A stretch of DNA of 63,215 bases, counting the filler, from Octopus bimaculoides (taxonomy: Eukaryota): NCBI RefSeq assembly GCF_001194135.2. It is 3 parts of 2 records of this genome, joined end to end, with 100 filler letters (N's around TTAATTAATTAA, not from the genome) between each part and the next. Parts side by side here need not be neighbours in the genome. Positions count along the whole stretch, not along the records: positions 42,292 to 63,215 come from NC_068982.1; 2 more parts are not named here. One strand, written 5' to 3'. The notes below the pieces were generated by a model, which saw only the letters and a list, made by a program, of their open reading frames with translations, had not been told where the DNA came from and did no database searches. A program made the position numbers and the translations under genes. Positions 49,500 to 62,610 of this stretch are shown here, one piece after another. The first letter of the stretch is position 1, and each line of letters starts with the position of its first letter.

Positions 49500-51289
49500 C
49501 AGCTCCTATTCATATTAGTGTGTAAGTGTACTGATGTATGTGAATACTTCTGTTGATTTTCGTTGCAGTCATTGACCTGGCCACTAACTCACCTTTATGA
49601 TGTAAACTGTTCTTTACTTCCCTTTCAACCCCTTCATCTCTCTCCACTGCGCATTCTCACGATTTCACGTTCTGTCCCTTTCACCACTTTTTTTTCTCTT
49701 ACAGCTTCCATCTCACTTACGTACATCAGTTAACGTATTCGAGTGGTTTCTGCTCGAAGGACTTTGTCCGCAACACCGGAAACTCCTAACCTAATGACAC
49801 GAATTTTAGATACATTAAGCATTACCAATGAATATGGTTTTTCTCGACTCCTATCACCATTTGTCTCCCTTGATTCTGTTTTTACCTCTCCCTTCCGTCT
49901 CACTCTATACATGTGTACGTACGTACATACATACATACATCTATATATTTATATATATAAATTTATATGAGTGAATAAAATAACATTTTTATATATATGT
50001 ACGCATATATGTGTGCGTGTGTATGTCTGTGCGTGCGTGTATATGTATGCATGTATACATGTATATATGTGAGTATGTGTGCAATATAATGTTACATAAA
50101 AGTCTCATATACAACACTCGTGTACAAGTTCACAACAAAAATCGTTGACAAAATAAAATGCCGTGTTTTTTTTCGTTCGCAGAGATGTAATAAAATTGCT
50201 GAGGAACTTGTTTTATTGTTTGAAAATATAGTGTTTAGAAGCAGAGCAGTGTTTAATGCCATGACCAGCCAAGTTAACGTTGGGCATTTCAGAGTAATGT
50301 AACGGAGTTAGCAGCAGGTATTTTTTTCTATGAAAAGACATTAGGTTGCTAGCAATAAAATAAATTCATACACGCTCACCAACTCACCATGTCTTCTGTC
50401 TTTCTATTACATTATATTATACATATACATATATTTACGCATATGTATGTATATATATATGTTTTAGTGATATACGCTGCGCATATAACATTAAATTGAG
50501 AGCTATAACTTTGAATTTGTTTTAATCTAATTTGTGAATAACATCTTTTCTTTGTGATTCAGAGAATACAATTGAGTTAAGCGAACAAAATCTAATTTAT
50601 CAGATTGTTTTTAACTATCGATGAGAAGGTTGCCACTAAAATACTTATTTATATATTCTAAATACGAGCAAAGATAAATATGTTAGCCAAGAATATTTTT
50701 ACGAACGATACATATTTTCATTGTTGTAAAGTCGTTATGGATCTTATTTATTTTTTGGTGGGACTATATGTTGTTTCAAACTCAGTCACGTAACTAGAGT
50801 AAGGACATGAAAAATTGTGAAAAGAAAGTTCGAAGGGATGCCATTGATATCGGATACAAGCTTGAAGGTGTAGTTTAGGAATTCACTTCGCAATAAGATG
50901 GTTCTGGGCAACAACTTCGCGAAGCCCAAAGCTTTGTGAACGAAAATGAATTAACGGAAATTTTGCAGACGACTGTTGAATGGATTGTAATGTGTTCTTG
51001 GGAGGCTGACATAATGTCATTCGGTTTAGCATAACTGCCTGGCAAATAGGTGTTTTCCATTAAATTCTATTCTGTAGCAGTATTCGAACCTAGTTTCTTG
51101 TTTGAGGATAATCCTTGGTTTCTAGGTTCCTCCTCTCCCTCTCTTCTACCAGTCTCAAACGCCCTATAATGAGATGACGGATGCTGCTTCCTCCTCATCT
51201 ACCATCATCATAAAAAAGGACAAAACAAGCAAAACAAAGCAATAAATTTGATTCGAAGCTCTCACTTTTAATACTACATTCTTCTGTTG

Positions 51290-51480
51290 TTGATTAACCC
51301 CAGGTCAGTCACTAAATAAAGCTAAGATAAAAGAACACTCCTGTCATAGCCATTTAGTCTTCTTTTAAAATTTAGTGAATCTAGGACATTATCCAATGTT
51401 TCATTTCTCTTTTAAAATAGTATGATTTGAGGGACATTTAGCTAATATCTCTTGCAACTCGAGTGACCACATAGGAATTC
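51290..51480 (+). repeat. Family E repeat
   Basis: aaccccaggtcagtc...ctaggacattatccaatg...tgatttgagggacatttagct...cgagtgaccac. Confidence 0.5.
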
Positions 51481-53124
51481 TTTATTGGCTCGTGAAGCAA
51501 TCGTTGAATTGTATTATCGTTGAAGAAGAGTTAAAACAACGAAGGAAAGGAACAATGGACTACTACAAACTCTGAATAACACAATACTGAAATGCTTCAG
51601 TGATAACTATTGTTCTCATCAGAAGTAGAAAGCAGTTCTCAGGTTATATGTAGAGAAAGCTGAAGTGGTGACAGGGTGGACAAAGTGGTTTTAATACACT
51701 TATTGACTGGGTGTTGATTTTCAGTTCAATTTCTTAGCAGATGCATTCCCCTTGATCAGACAACTCACAATCAAGAGTATTCCAGCAATAATCATGCCTT
51801 CTTTTTTGTATACATAGTAGACTCTGAACAGTAAAGTATGATTTGAAGTAGACATTACTGATATCTCTTGCAAATCACGCAGAGGCTCTTTTGTTTAAGG
51901 CTTAAAACTTGTACATGGCTCAGGTTGACTCAACTGTCAGGAATATATACTTTATTTGGGAATGTGACCAGAAAGAGAATAGCGTTTAAGGCAGATTTAT
52001 TTCTCATTTACCCAACACCAAGCACTAGACTTATGTTCCTATGTTGAGTAGGGGAAATAATGACATGTACCACTATCCCATCAATGTTTATTTCATAGTT
52101 TTAGAAGAGTGATGTATGTGCTAAAGATACAAGTCTAAATGCCGTGTTGAGTGACATCCCTTTATATTCTAGGTTTTAATTGGGCAAGAATTGGCTTTAC
52201 ATTCCATTTTTGGGAATCGATAAAATATACAATCCTTCTGATCTAGAGTTATTTTAATTGACTATAGACTATTCTCTCGAAATTTCGGGTTTAGTTGCTA
52301 GAGTGAGAAGTCAATACAGATAGCGGGGCATCTCAGGCTGAACTCGAACCTAGCATCTTAAGCTATGAAGTCAAGTACAATACCATGGACCTTTACCCAT
52401 TTACTTTCGTTTAGTTTAAATAAATCTCCATTACAAACTGTTGTTCTTACATCAAACATTCATTGTTTAACGTATTTTAGTTCATTTATTCGGGGTCATT
52501 AACGTAACAATTTTAACGACTATCTGTCTGTCTCTGTCTCTCTTTCTCTCTTTCTATCTCAGCATAGTTCATTTACTCGGGGTGGAGGTGGGTGTCACTA
52601 AAATAACCTTTCTAACAGCATAGGTTCAGATGGTATTTAATTACATAGCTTCAGGTCAGTCACTTACAGCCTCGCCGCTACACACCCAATTGATTAAACA
52701 TTAACAACATCCACTCCAATGTAACTCTTAACTACTGTGATAAGGATTTACAAGATGTTGCAGCAGCATTTAGAAACATGATAATTAGCTGCTCACTTGT
52801 TGCTGTTGGCTTACTTATTACTATGTGTCAACTCTTAAGATTGGCTTGTAACGACTTACGACTTAGCATTAAGCTTAACACTTGTCAGCGGCTAAAGCAA
52901 AGCATAGCAAATAGAAACAAAAATGGAAAGAAAAAATAACGAAACAAAAAAAAACTCTTTCGGGAGAATTAATCCAGCAATGCAGTCGATAATGCTCGTG
53001 GGAAGGATGATTATGTAAGGATTAATAAAAAAAAAAAAATTATTTAGCAGCAACTCATTCGGGAACAAAAGAGACAACTGACCCTTACTTCGGAAAATGA
53101 TTTTGATTAAGAAGATACTTGGCC

Positions 53125-53125
<1 letters not shown>

Positions 53126-53206
<81 letters not shown>
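53126..53206. repeat. (TTA)n microsatellite
   Basis: Directly visible; abuts a gap. Confidence 0.95.
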
Positions 53207-53575
53207 NNNNNNNNNNNNNNNNNNNNNNNNNNNNNNNNNNNNNNNNNNNNNNNNNNNNNNNNNNNNNNNNNNNNNNNNNNNNNNNNNNNNNNNNNNNNNN
53301 NNNNNNNNNNNNNNNNNNNNNNNNNNNNNNNNNNNNNNNNNNNNNNNNNNNNNNNNNNNNNNNNNNNNNNNNNNNNNNNNNNNNNNNNNNNNNNNNNNNN
53401 NNNNNNNNNNNNNNNNNNNNNNNNNNNNNNNNNNNNNNNNNNNNNNNNNNNNNNNNNNNNNNNNNNNNNNNNNNNNNNNNNNNNNNNNNNNNNNNNNNNN
53501 NNNNNNNNNNNNNNNNNNNNNNNNNNNNNNNNNNNNNNNNNNNNNNNNNNNNNNNNNNNNNNNNNNNNNNNNNNN

Positions 53576-53626
<51 letters not shown>

Positions 53627-54029
53627 TACGAGGTGGGAAGAGGGAAACAAGGAGAAAGGGGTAGGTACACGCGTACACGAGAGAGAGGGAAGAGATAGAG
53701 AGAGACAAAGAGAGCAAAAGAGAGACATAGACTATTGCACCAACTTCAGTATATTATTGGTATTTAGTCGAACCAATGAGGGAGACTTACAGGTTACTTG
53801 GCCAGTTTGAAATAGTAGCTATTTATCCCTCAAATCGCACTTGGTTTAGTTGTTGCAGTATTACTCTCGATTCTATGCGCTTTGATTTTAAATCCTAACT
53901 ACATCAAAATTGCCTTTAATTCTTTCGAAGTCGATAAATAAAGTACCAGTTAAGTACTGGGCATACGTTTTTCTTCATACTATATATATAAGCAGTAAAG
54001 TTCATTCTTCGTTCCCTTTAGCACCACCA

Positions 54030-54562
54030 AATAGTAGTCCACTGCGCTGCTAGTATTTGGACCAGGTCTCCAGTTCTTTCTTCCCTTTTCTCAACTGCTT
54101 CGGGAGTTCTGCAAAAAGCCATGGAAAACTTCTTTACTTTGTAGTGGGAATTCGAAACCTAACCGCTATATACTCAGTCAGACACCACAAGTGAGCCATC
54201 ACAGTTTTATGTGATCGGTCTATAGATCGATCAATCAGCGCAAAACTGTGTCGTGATAGGTTTTTCTCGAATGTCCTGAAATTTAACTTCTTATCCTCTA
54301 TAAAATACGCTTTTGGCGCTTTACCCATTTCAGAGTGTTGTAGGCAGCTGACTGGCTCATGCACCTCCGCTCTTGTCATGCAGATAGCCAACGGATCGCT
54401 GATGCTATAAATCGCCTCGGAGACTTGCGCAGATGACTTCGTGTATTTTTGAACTGACAACATGATGTCACACAAATAGCTTTCTATATTTTCAGAGCAG
54501 TTTCCTCTCCTCTCATTCGGCAATTATTAACATTGTTCATTGTAATTCGCCAACACCAAATA
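54030..54562 (-). mobile_element. Highly decayed mariner (Mos1/mellifera-like HTH N-terminus)
   Basis: ORF 54134..54523 contains DIML...GKAPK...EDKKL...EKN...SHKTVMAHL...RIP, colinear with the mariner pattern HIML...GRP...DDKL...EEN...SHTTV..HL...WIPH. A TIR-like gccaacaccaaata lies at about 54549-54562. Confidence 0.45.
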
Positions 54563-55299
54563 TTTTTATGTCCGGCATTAAATATTACGGTGAAATGTTC
54601 TTGAGTTTGCTTCAGTTATTATTCATGGAAGTAATGAAATATATTTTCATTGGCCAGTTCTACTCAAGCGACAACAAAACATCCCGCGACAACTTCATCT
54701 AACTAAACTACCAAAGCGTTAAGAAGCATGAAAATCTTGAGATTGTGGGATAGAATGTACAATCTTTTGTTAGTTTGTAAAATCAGATGTGTAGTAGAAG
54801 TGCTTTTTAGGGTTTTGTCCTGTAATTTGAGATAAGTATCTGGCTGAAACATCTCTAGAAAACAGTCACAGTTGGCTTACATGTATGTTATTTTCATCTT
54901 TTTTCTTCGGACATATTGCTAACAAACGTTTACTTTGGATAACCTTCTGGATGCGGCTCCCGTAGGCCTCTTTAGTTTGGTAATTTCTGAACAGCAGACC
55001 GGATCACACCGTGCAGGTGACGTTGACGTATATCACTCCACAGTCAACTAGTACTATTTTATTAACCTTAGAAGAATGAAGGTAAAGTAGATCTCAGTGG
55101 AGTTTCAAAACAAATTGTATAAAGCCGTAAACTAACTACTGTATGATATTCTATACAACGCTCAAGCAATTATTCTGCCAATTGACCATCGTTGTGCCAT
55201 CGTACATGTTTATTTATGATCGCACGTTTATTAAACATTTAAAAATAATTGTGAATACATAAACGTTTGCTTTAAGGAAACAACTCCGTTTCCGAATAT

Positions 55300-55720
55300 G
55301 ATTTTTCACAGATCACGCTGGAAAGGCTTCCCATTTGTCTTCTTCAGGCAGACATGAAACTTATGCTTTTGAAAAGAATGAGAAATAGAAATTTAGGCGG
55401 CAGGAAGTACACGTTTTGTTTTTAATGACTTAAAGGAAGAAGAGAAACACCCATGACCTTAGAGACGGGTGGAAGGAAGAAAGCTATCTTCAGATCAGAA
55501 ACCTGTCCCGAATGTTTGGAACAGGTTGGAGTCCGTGAGAGCACCTAAAGACCAGGTAGTGTTGTTAAACGGAGAGATGTGTGCTTAACCACATGAATTA
55601 CTATCATTATCGATGGACAAGTCGGACAGTAAATAAAGTCATGCATAGAGTTTACCGTGAACTTACTCCTGCATTACAGGGCACATTGTATTGGTTTATT
55701 AGTCAGTGAGTGATAAGATC
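55300..55720 (-). mobile_element. Possible CR1/L2-group LINE 3' remnant
   Basis: Minus-strand SFLPSTR resembles the SFFPRT..WN terminal motif; otherwise heavily decayed. Confidence 0.3.
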
Positions 55721-57424
55721 TCGCCTTTATGGAGGATGAAAGCGGACTAGCAAAACGTTGCATCAATATCAAAGGCATTGCTGATGTTAAGTGAAGTGAA
55801 ACAGATTCCATGTGAAAAATGAAACTCGATCTCCACCTCGGTGTTTACTTGTAGTTTACCTTCGACTCTCCATCTCTTATCATATGTTTATTTGCACAGC
55901 TTTAATTTCTATAACTTAAAAGATATAAATGACGCAAGAAATGAAAAACTGTTATCGTGACTATTGTTTTTATGTGACAGTTTCTGTATAAAAAGTATTT
56001 ATGTCTGTCGATTAATTCCGATTTCAACACTTGAAACTTCTATCAAAAATATATTACGCTAATCCATTAATGATCTCTGTGAATATATATGATCAATATG
56101 ACAAGATCAAGTAAAGTTAATCCGAGTTAATGGTTGTAAGGGAAGGAAATAGAGTGGATTAACAGAGATGTCAAGAGAACATATCTGAAATTAGAAGTTC
56201 TGAAGAGAAACACTTGCAGATTATAATATGTAAAAATGAAAAAAAAAAAAAAAAAAANNNNNNNNNNAAAAAAAAAAAAAAAAAAAAAAACTCCAGCAAC
56301 ACTCCATGATTAGCAAACGTTAAAAAAATAAAAAATAAAACAAAGAAAATGGAAGATTAGTTGAGGTAAAGATTTAACAAAAAGAAAAAAATGATTAGGA
56401 TAAATATCTTGAGCAGCCAGAGGGGTATTGATAAAGCGAAGTGCTTAGTTATGGATTCAGTAGCCTTTTGTGGATAAGAGATAAGTCTCATTAGATAGAA
56501 TATCGGGTCTATCGCAGTTAATATTCTCAGAAGATTTGCTGCCTCTTCCCAATAACTTGCTGAACTGAATGAAGGACGTATAATTAAGTAAATGGCTTGC
56601 ACAGAGATAGAGATATAGATAATAAGGAATGGCTTTCAGCGGTAGATATAGACCTCACAACCTATGAGGTGATAATCCAATACTCGAGCCATTCCATTAC
56701 TCTGTCACTTCCCCTTTGCAAAAATTTATCAAGGTAAACTATAGAAACAAGAACCAAAACAAGAAAAAGCAAAATATTTGAGATAAGCTCAAATGTTACA
56801 ACGAAACATCCATTTTGGAAGAAAGGGTAGTGGTGGTGAGGAGAATGAGGGAGAAAAAGAAGAAGTGAGAGGAGAGGGTCAGAATCCAGGTAAATATACT
56901 TCAAATACATAATGTGTTAGATCTTAAGATATATATTATGACGATATTTGCTACGTGTTTGGATGCCTTAGTGGTTTCAACAACCCCACCTCTGCACTTA
57001 TGGACATAGAACACACTCGAACATTTATGCAATTTTCAACCTGCTAGAAATAGCAGACAGGTTCTTTCAGATCCTATTCCAACCCTGCAATCTTAGAAGA
57101 GAAGAAATATTGGACAAACAGTGCAGTCATAAATATGCAAAAAGGCCTAACAATATAAGAGAAAAGTCATATCCATCAACCCTATTGCATGGATCTAAAG
57201 CATAGCCGTTATATTAGAAACAGATAAAACCGTTGGATCACTATTCAAAAACATCACTTCTGATATAATCAGTTATGTCTTATTAACATTGATGATCGAT
57301 TTTTTTGGTTGGTCTTTTCTCTCCACATATACCTTCATTTTTGTTTTGAGACAATTTTCTTTGCGTTGTTGTTGTTGCTTTTCTTCCATGTCAGCTCTAA
57401 TCGAGCAGACCTATCATCAATGAA

Positions 57425-57802
57425 CAAATCGACCCCAAGACTTATTCTTTGTAAGCCTAGTACTTATTCTATTGGTCCTTTTGCCGAACCGCTAATTTAC
57501 GGGGACGCAAACACACCAATATCGGTTGTCAAGCGATGGTGGTGAGGACAAACGCAGACACAGAAATACATATACATATATGTATATATAGTTGAAATTT
57601 ACTGGAAACCGAAAGATGCTTGTCGTATATATATATATATATATATATACGACAGGCTTCTTTCAGTTTCCATCAACCAAATCGACTGACAAAGCTTTTG
57701 TCGGTCCGAGGCTATAGTAGAACAGATTTGTTCAAGGTGCCACGCAGTGGGGCTGAACCCGGAACCATGTGGTTGGGAAGCAAGCTTCTTACCACAGCTA
57801 CT
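57425..57802 (-). mobile_element. SINE family B, near full length
   Basis: aaatcgaccccaagacttattctttgtaagcctag...ggcttctttcagtttcc...caaggtgccacgcagtggggctgaacccggaaccatgtggttgggaagcaagcttcttaccacagc. Confidence 0.9.
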
Positions 57803-58380
57803 GCATATATATATATATGTACATATATGCATGCATACATACATACATACATACATACTTAGACACACACACACACACACACACATATATCACATCTAAT
57901 TTAAAATATTTATTTATCAACATCCCTAACAGTATAAATAATATAAAACCTGTATTTCTAATAAAATATGTCGTCGACCGAGTTTCATAGTTTGGAGCGT
58001 AATATAGAAGGAAGGTAGATGCCATTGTATTGATATATAGATTTGGTGATTATTATAGAAACACGTTGCCCAATTCTCATGGAGCTGGTCAGAACTTTAG
58101 AAATAATGATTTCGCTTTTCGTTTGAGGATTCTTGTCTTTTATTATGATTAGTCTCGTTCCTGGTCGATGTTGTGAATGACGCCGTCGTCTTCGTCGTCG
58201 CTGTTTATTGTTATAACTATTGTGTTCTCATAGTCGTGGTCGTCGTCATCATCATTATCATCATCATCATCGCAGATGTCCCTTGCCTCGAGAACAGACA
58301 TGGCGACAAAGGAAAAAATTCTTCTTCTTCTTCTTCCTCATCACCCGCCTCTTTTGTTTTCCATTCTTCTCCTTATTCTG

Positions 58381-58450
<70 letters not shown>

Positions 58451-58488
58451 TTGCTGCTGCTGCTGCTGCTGCTGCTGCCGCTGCTGCC
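58381..58488. repeat. (CTA)n-(GCT)n compound trinucleotide repeat
   Basis: Directly visible. Confidence 0.95.
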
Positions 58489-58952
58489 GTCCGGCTTTGA
58501 AACGCCGTGCAGGTAATCAAGTGAAGACACAAACGACATCTTATAATTAGGCCATGTGTAGAGGGGAACAAGTGGAGGAGAGAAAGTTTAATTAACGTGA
58601 TGTAGAAGACATTGTCCAGAAACGGACATAAGGAGGGAGAGAAAGAGGGAGAAAGAAAAAGAGATAGATAGATAGAGAGAGAGGTGAAGGCGGCGGGGAT
58701 AGTCAACGGCCTGGCAGAATTACCTTGAAGGTAGAAATATTTGTGAAGATGGTGATATCCGATAATAAGCAAAAATGTGGATAAGATAGGGATATCTTCA
58801 TTCATACGAGACCAGGAAGACAAATCAATTAACTACGGAGCAAAGAAGCCAGTAATAGGGTCGCTTGACCTGCTAGAAATACTGGCAAAAATCTCTTTCA
58901 ATTCACAGACTGTTGTCTTGGAAGAGATAAGGATATAATAAATATTCTTTTC

Positions 58953-59161
58953 TACTAAAGGCACACGGCCTGAAATTTTGGGGGAGGGGATTAGTCGATT
59001 GCATCGACCCCAGTGATTTACTGGTACTTAATTTATCGACCTCAAAAGGATGAAAGATAAAGTCGACCTCGGCGGAATTTGAACTCAGAATGTAATACCG
59101 GAAGAAATACCGTTAAGTATTGTGCTCGGCGTGTTAACGATTCTGCCAGCTCGCTGCCTTA
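58953..59161 (-). mobile_element. SINE family A, full length
   Basis: gcctgaaattttgggggagggg...atcgaccccagtg...ctggtacttaatttatcgacc...gatgaaagataaagtcgacctcggcggaatttgaactcagaa...ttaacgattctgccagctcgctgcc. Confidence 0.92.
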
Positions 59162-59339
59162 ACGATATAATAGATAATGTGAAACGTCTTTGGTTTTAGA
59201 TCCTCTTGATGGCAATGGTGGTAGTGGTGATTATTGTAGTGGTTATGGTGATGGATATGGTGGTCCTGGGTGTGGTTGTAGTTGTGGTGGTGGTAGTAGT
59301 GATGTAGACATAGAAGGAATAAAGTTCCTTCTCGAGTCA

Positions 59340-59563
59340 TATAAATTCATAAGTCCGGTTTCCCGGTTTCCACGGCATATATAATCCTCACCTGGACCAG
59401 ACGCCGGTCCGTCGCAGGATTACTAATTTTTGCCATCCGAGTGGACTGGAGCAACGTGAAATAAAGTGCTTGGCTCGAGAACACAACGCATCGCCCGGTC
59501 CAGGAAACGAAACCCCAATCTTACGATCATGAGTCGAACACACTAACCACCAAACTACGCGCC
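59340..59563 (-). mobile_element. SINE family D, full length
   Basis: ctggaccagacgccggtccgtcgcagg...gagtggactggagcaacgtgaaataaagtg...ggtccaggaaacgaaacc...gatcatgagtcgaacacactaaccac. Confidence 0.88.
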
Positions 59564-59818
59564 TTCAGTTGTAGTAATAATGCAATGGCGGTGGGGTTAG
59601 TGGTGACTGGTAGAAATGGTGATCGTGGTGACTTTTGTGGTGATGATAGTGGTGATGGTGATGGTGTTGATGGTATTGGTGGTGGTAGTAGTGGTGGTAG
59701 TGGTAGTTGTGGTGGTGGTGGTAGTAGAGATAGCAGAGATGATGGAGACAGTAGCGGTGGCGGTGTAGTATAGTCCATGGTGATTGTTGTTGTCATGGTG
59801 GTGGTTGTCCGTGTAAGG

Positions 59819-60094
59819 CAGTGTTTCACAGAGTGGGTGGTATTTCTCTCGTGGGGGCGGTGGAAAGTTCCAAGGGGGGGGGTTGAAGAAAAGTGGGGAG
59901 ATTATGGGGTAGCGATTCATGTAAAAACAAAATAATGGGTTCGCTAGATTAAGTTATTTGTGAAATTTTTTTGAATTTGCTTCAGAAAGAGGTCTATGTT
60001 TNNNNNNNNNNNNNNNNNNNNNNNNNNNNNNNNNGCTAGGAATGTGGTTTGGGTATCAAGGGGACTGCAACCCCAAAAAATTTGGGAACCACTG
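59819..60094. mobile_element. hAT (Charlie-type) MITE with a perfect 8-bp TSD GTGTAAGG
   Basis: gtgtaagg|cagtgtttcacaga ... tttgggaaccactg|gtgtaagg; contains a small gap. Confidence 0.9.
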
Positions 60095-60257
60095 GTGTAA
60101 GGGGTTACTACCCTAACACAAGAGTTTTAAGGTGGGTGACGAATCCATTGGAAGATTATCTTAGAACAAGAGGGAGTGTGGGCTGTTGTTAGTGTAATCG
60201 TCTCCAGCATATTACAGGTACTTAGTTAATCGAACCTAAAACGATGATAGAACCGAC

Positions 60258-60405
60258 CAGTGGCGTGGATTGGCTTTATGCTGCGCCGGGGCACTTCTTG
60301 AAATTTCCGTTCCTGCTCCTACCCCTATACAGGGTTATACAGCAGATCCAAAAGTGTCGTACGAGCGGGCCACCTCCAACGCACCACACCTTAGCTACGT
60401 TACTG
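60258..60405. mobile_element. 148-bp hAT-like MITE (CAGTGGCGT-type ends)
   Basis: cagtggcgtggattgg ... cttagctacgttactg; flanks gaaccgac / gagtcgac match 6/8 (decayed 8-bp TSD). Confidence 0.6.
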
Positions 60406-60432
60406 GAGTCGACCTTGGGGCAAGTTGAATTC

Positions 60433-60490
<58 letters not shown>

Positions 60491-60959
60491 CACACACACA
60501 CACATATACATACACATGTATGTAAACTGAAACGTTACTTTTAGTTGGCGGATGAATTTCTTTTTCTCTGTTTCTTTTTCTTTTNNNNNNNNNNNNNNNN
60601 NNNNNNNNNNNNNNNNNNNNNNNNNNNNNNNNNNNNNNNNNNNNNNNNNNNNNNNNNNNNNNNNNNNNNNNNNNNNNNNNNNNNNNNNNNNNNNNNNNNN
60701 NNNNNNNNNNNNNNNNNNNNNNNNNNNNNNNNNNNNNNNNNNNNNNNNNNNNNNNNNNNNNNNNNNNNNNNNNNNNNNNNNNNNNNNNNNNNNNNNNNNN
60801 NNNNNNNNNNNNNNNNNNNNNNNNNNNNNNNNNNNNNNNNNNNNNNNNNNNNNNNNNNNNNNNNNNNNNNNNNNNNNNNNNNNNNNNNNNNNNNNNNNNN
60901 NNNNNNNNNNNNNNNNNNNNNNNNNNNNATATATATATATATATATATATATAAATGAA

Positions 60960-61090
60960 ACCAACTGCATTCACGACAATTTAATTGACTCGCGACTATG
61001 GTAGAAAGCATTACTTGCTCAAAGTGTCACAGAGTGGGATCGAACCGACAACAACGTGTTTGCAACGCGAACTTTTTAACCCCATGACCA
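60960..61090 (-). mobile_element. SINE family B-like head, decayed
   Basis: gactatggtagaaagcattacttgctcaaagtgtcacagagtgggatcgaacc...tttttaaccc. Confidence 0.55.
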
Positions 61091-61591
61091 CATCTTCTGT
61101 GTCTATTGATAGTTCTGCTGTTTGTTATGTCGTTTTTACTCTGTTTTTGCTATTTCCATTCTTAGTTTTGCTTCCCTGTTTCTCTAGTAATGGAGAAGAT
61201 AAAGCATTTCCACTCAAAATAAACAAGTAAACAAGTCAAACAGAATTCAAATAAAAATGCAAAAAGAAGGAAAAAAACAGATATAAAAATAAAAAGCCTT
61301 ATTTATTTATTTAAAAATAATATATATTTTTTCTCTCAATATATTAATATTTATTGCCGATAAGTTCATAGAGAAGAAATAAATAAATATTTAAATAAAT
61401 GAAAATATTCAAAATAAAATCGAAGAAACAGCTCTTAAAATTTGTTGCTGATGGTGGTAGCGGTAGTGGTGCTGGTAATAGTGGTGGGGGTAACCGAAAG
61501 CTTTAATTTTTCAAAAATGTTTCCGTATTTTTGCTAAATTATTTTCTCTTTTTTTTTCTCTCTCGTGTTATTAAAATTGTAGTTGAGGTAA

Positions 61592-61622
<31 letters not shown>

Positions 61623-62159
61623 TGTTGTTGTTGCCGTTGTTTTCTTTGAGTGAAGAATCAGATTGAAATTTGTTCAATTTGCGAAAACAATAGGCAAATC
61701 TAATTGCTATTAATTGAAATGATGTAATTCAGAAACATTTTCTTCTCCTTTTTGACTATTTTCGGCAATTATATGTAGTTTTCTGCTAGTTTGTATTAAC
61801 ATTCTCCTCCAAGGCACACTACTTATTCATTTTATTTACCTATTTATATTTTATTTTCAGGTATTTCCTAGCTGCATTCTCGACCATCGTTGCCTAAAGA
61901 TCGAATTATTACCGAGGTGTTATTATTGTTGGGAAAAATCTTTTTTTCTTTTAAATAATAATAACTAATTAAGGTAGTGGAAAATGCTGATTTCAAAATG
62001 GAAATGTAAAAAAGAAAACGGAAAGATACAAAACAAACATATAAATGCAAGTTATATTGAATACTAATCTCTCAGGGTAAAAATAATGACTCCAGTTGAA
62101 ATTTTCAAGTAAATAAAACCACAAAAGTTGTTACAGAGTAAGTTCAAAATTATATATTG

Positions 62160-62610
62160 AAAACTAACATGTTTAAAATTGATCTATGTGAAACAGTTAA
62201 AACCAGTGTGTTTAAAAACAGTTGCAAAAAGAAGTAAAAAAGAAAAGAAATGTTTCAAATAATTAAAAACTAACTCGTTTGAAACAGTTTAAAGCAAATG
62301 TTTAAAGCAGTTAAAACTTAATCTATGAAACAATAAAAAATCAGCCTGTTTAAAACAGTCAACATGTAATCAATGTGATACACTTAACACGAATCTGCTT
62401 AGAAACAGTTAAAATCTAAGCTGTTTGAAGTAAGGACTAACCTGTTTAAAATAATCAAACACTACTTCGTTTTTAACTAACAATGACAAGCTAACATGTT
62501 TAATGCAATTAATACAATCTACATGGAGGCGCTGAAAACTATCCGGTCAAAAACAGTTAAAAACAAACGCATGTGAAACAGTTAAACCCGTTTATAACAG
62601 TTGATTTCAG
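62160..62610. repeat. Degenerate AT-rich minisatellite (tgtttaaaacagttaaaac-like units)
   Basis: aaacagtt(a) and tgttta motifs recur many times at roughly 20-nt spacing. Confidence 0.6.

Noticed and set aside
58440-58526. Signal-peptide-like LLLLLLLLLPLLPSGFETPC ending at a cag|gtaatc donor
   Set aside because: The Leu frame has an upstream stop near 58378 and no ATG or acceptor; it derives from the (CTA)n-(GCT)n repeat.
59190-59829. Gly-rich, His-rich and Pro/Thr-rich ORFs resembling structural or cuticle-like proteins
   Set aside because: They are translations of degenerate (GGT/GAT/GTA)n tracts interrupted by a SINE; no splice or codon evidence.
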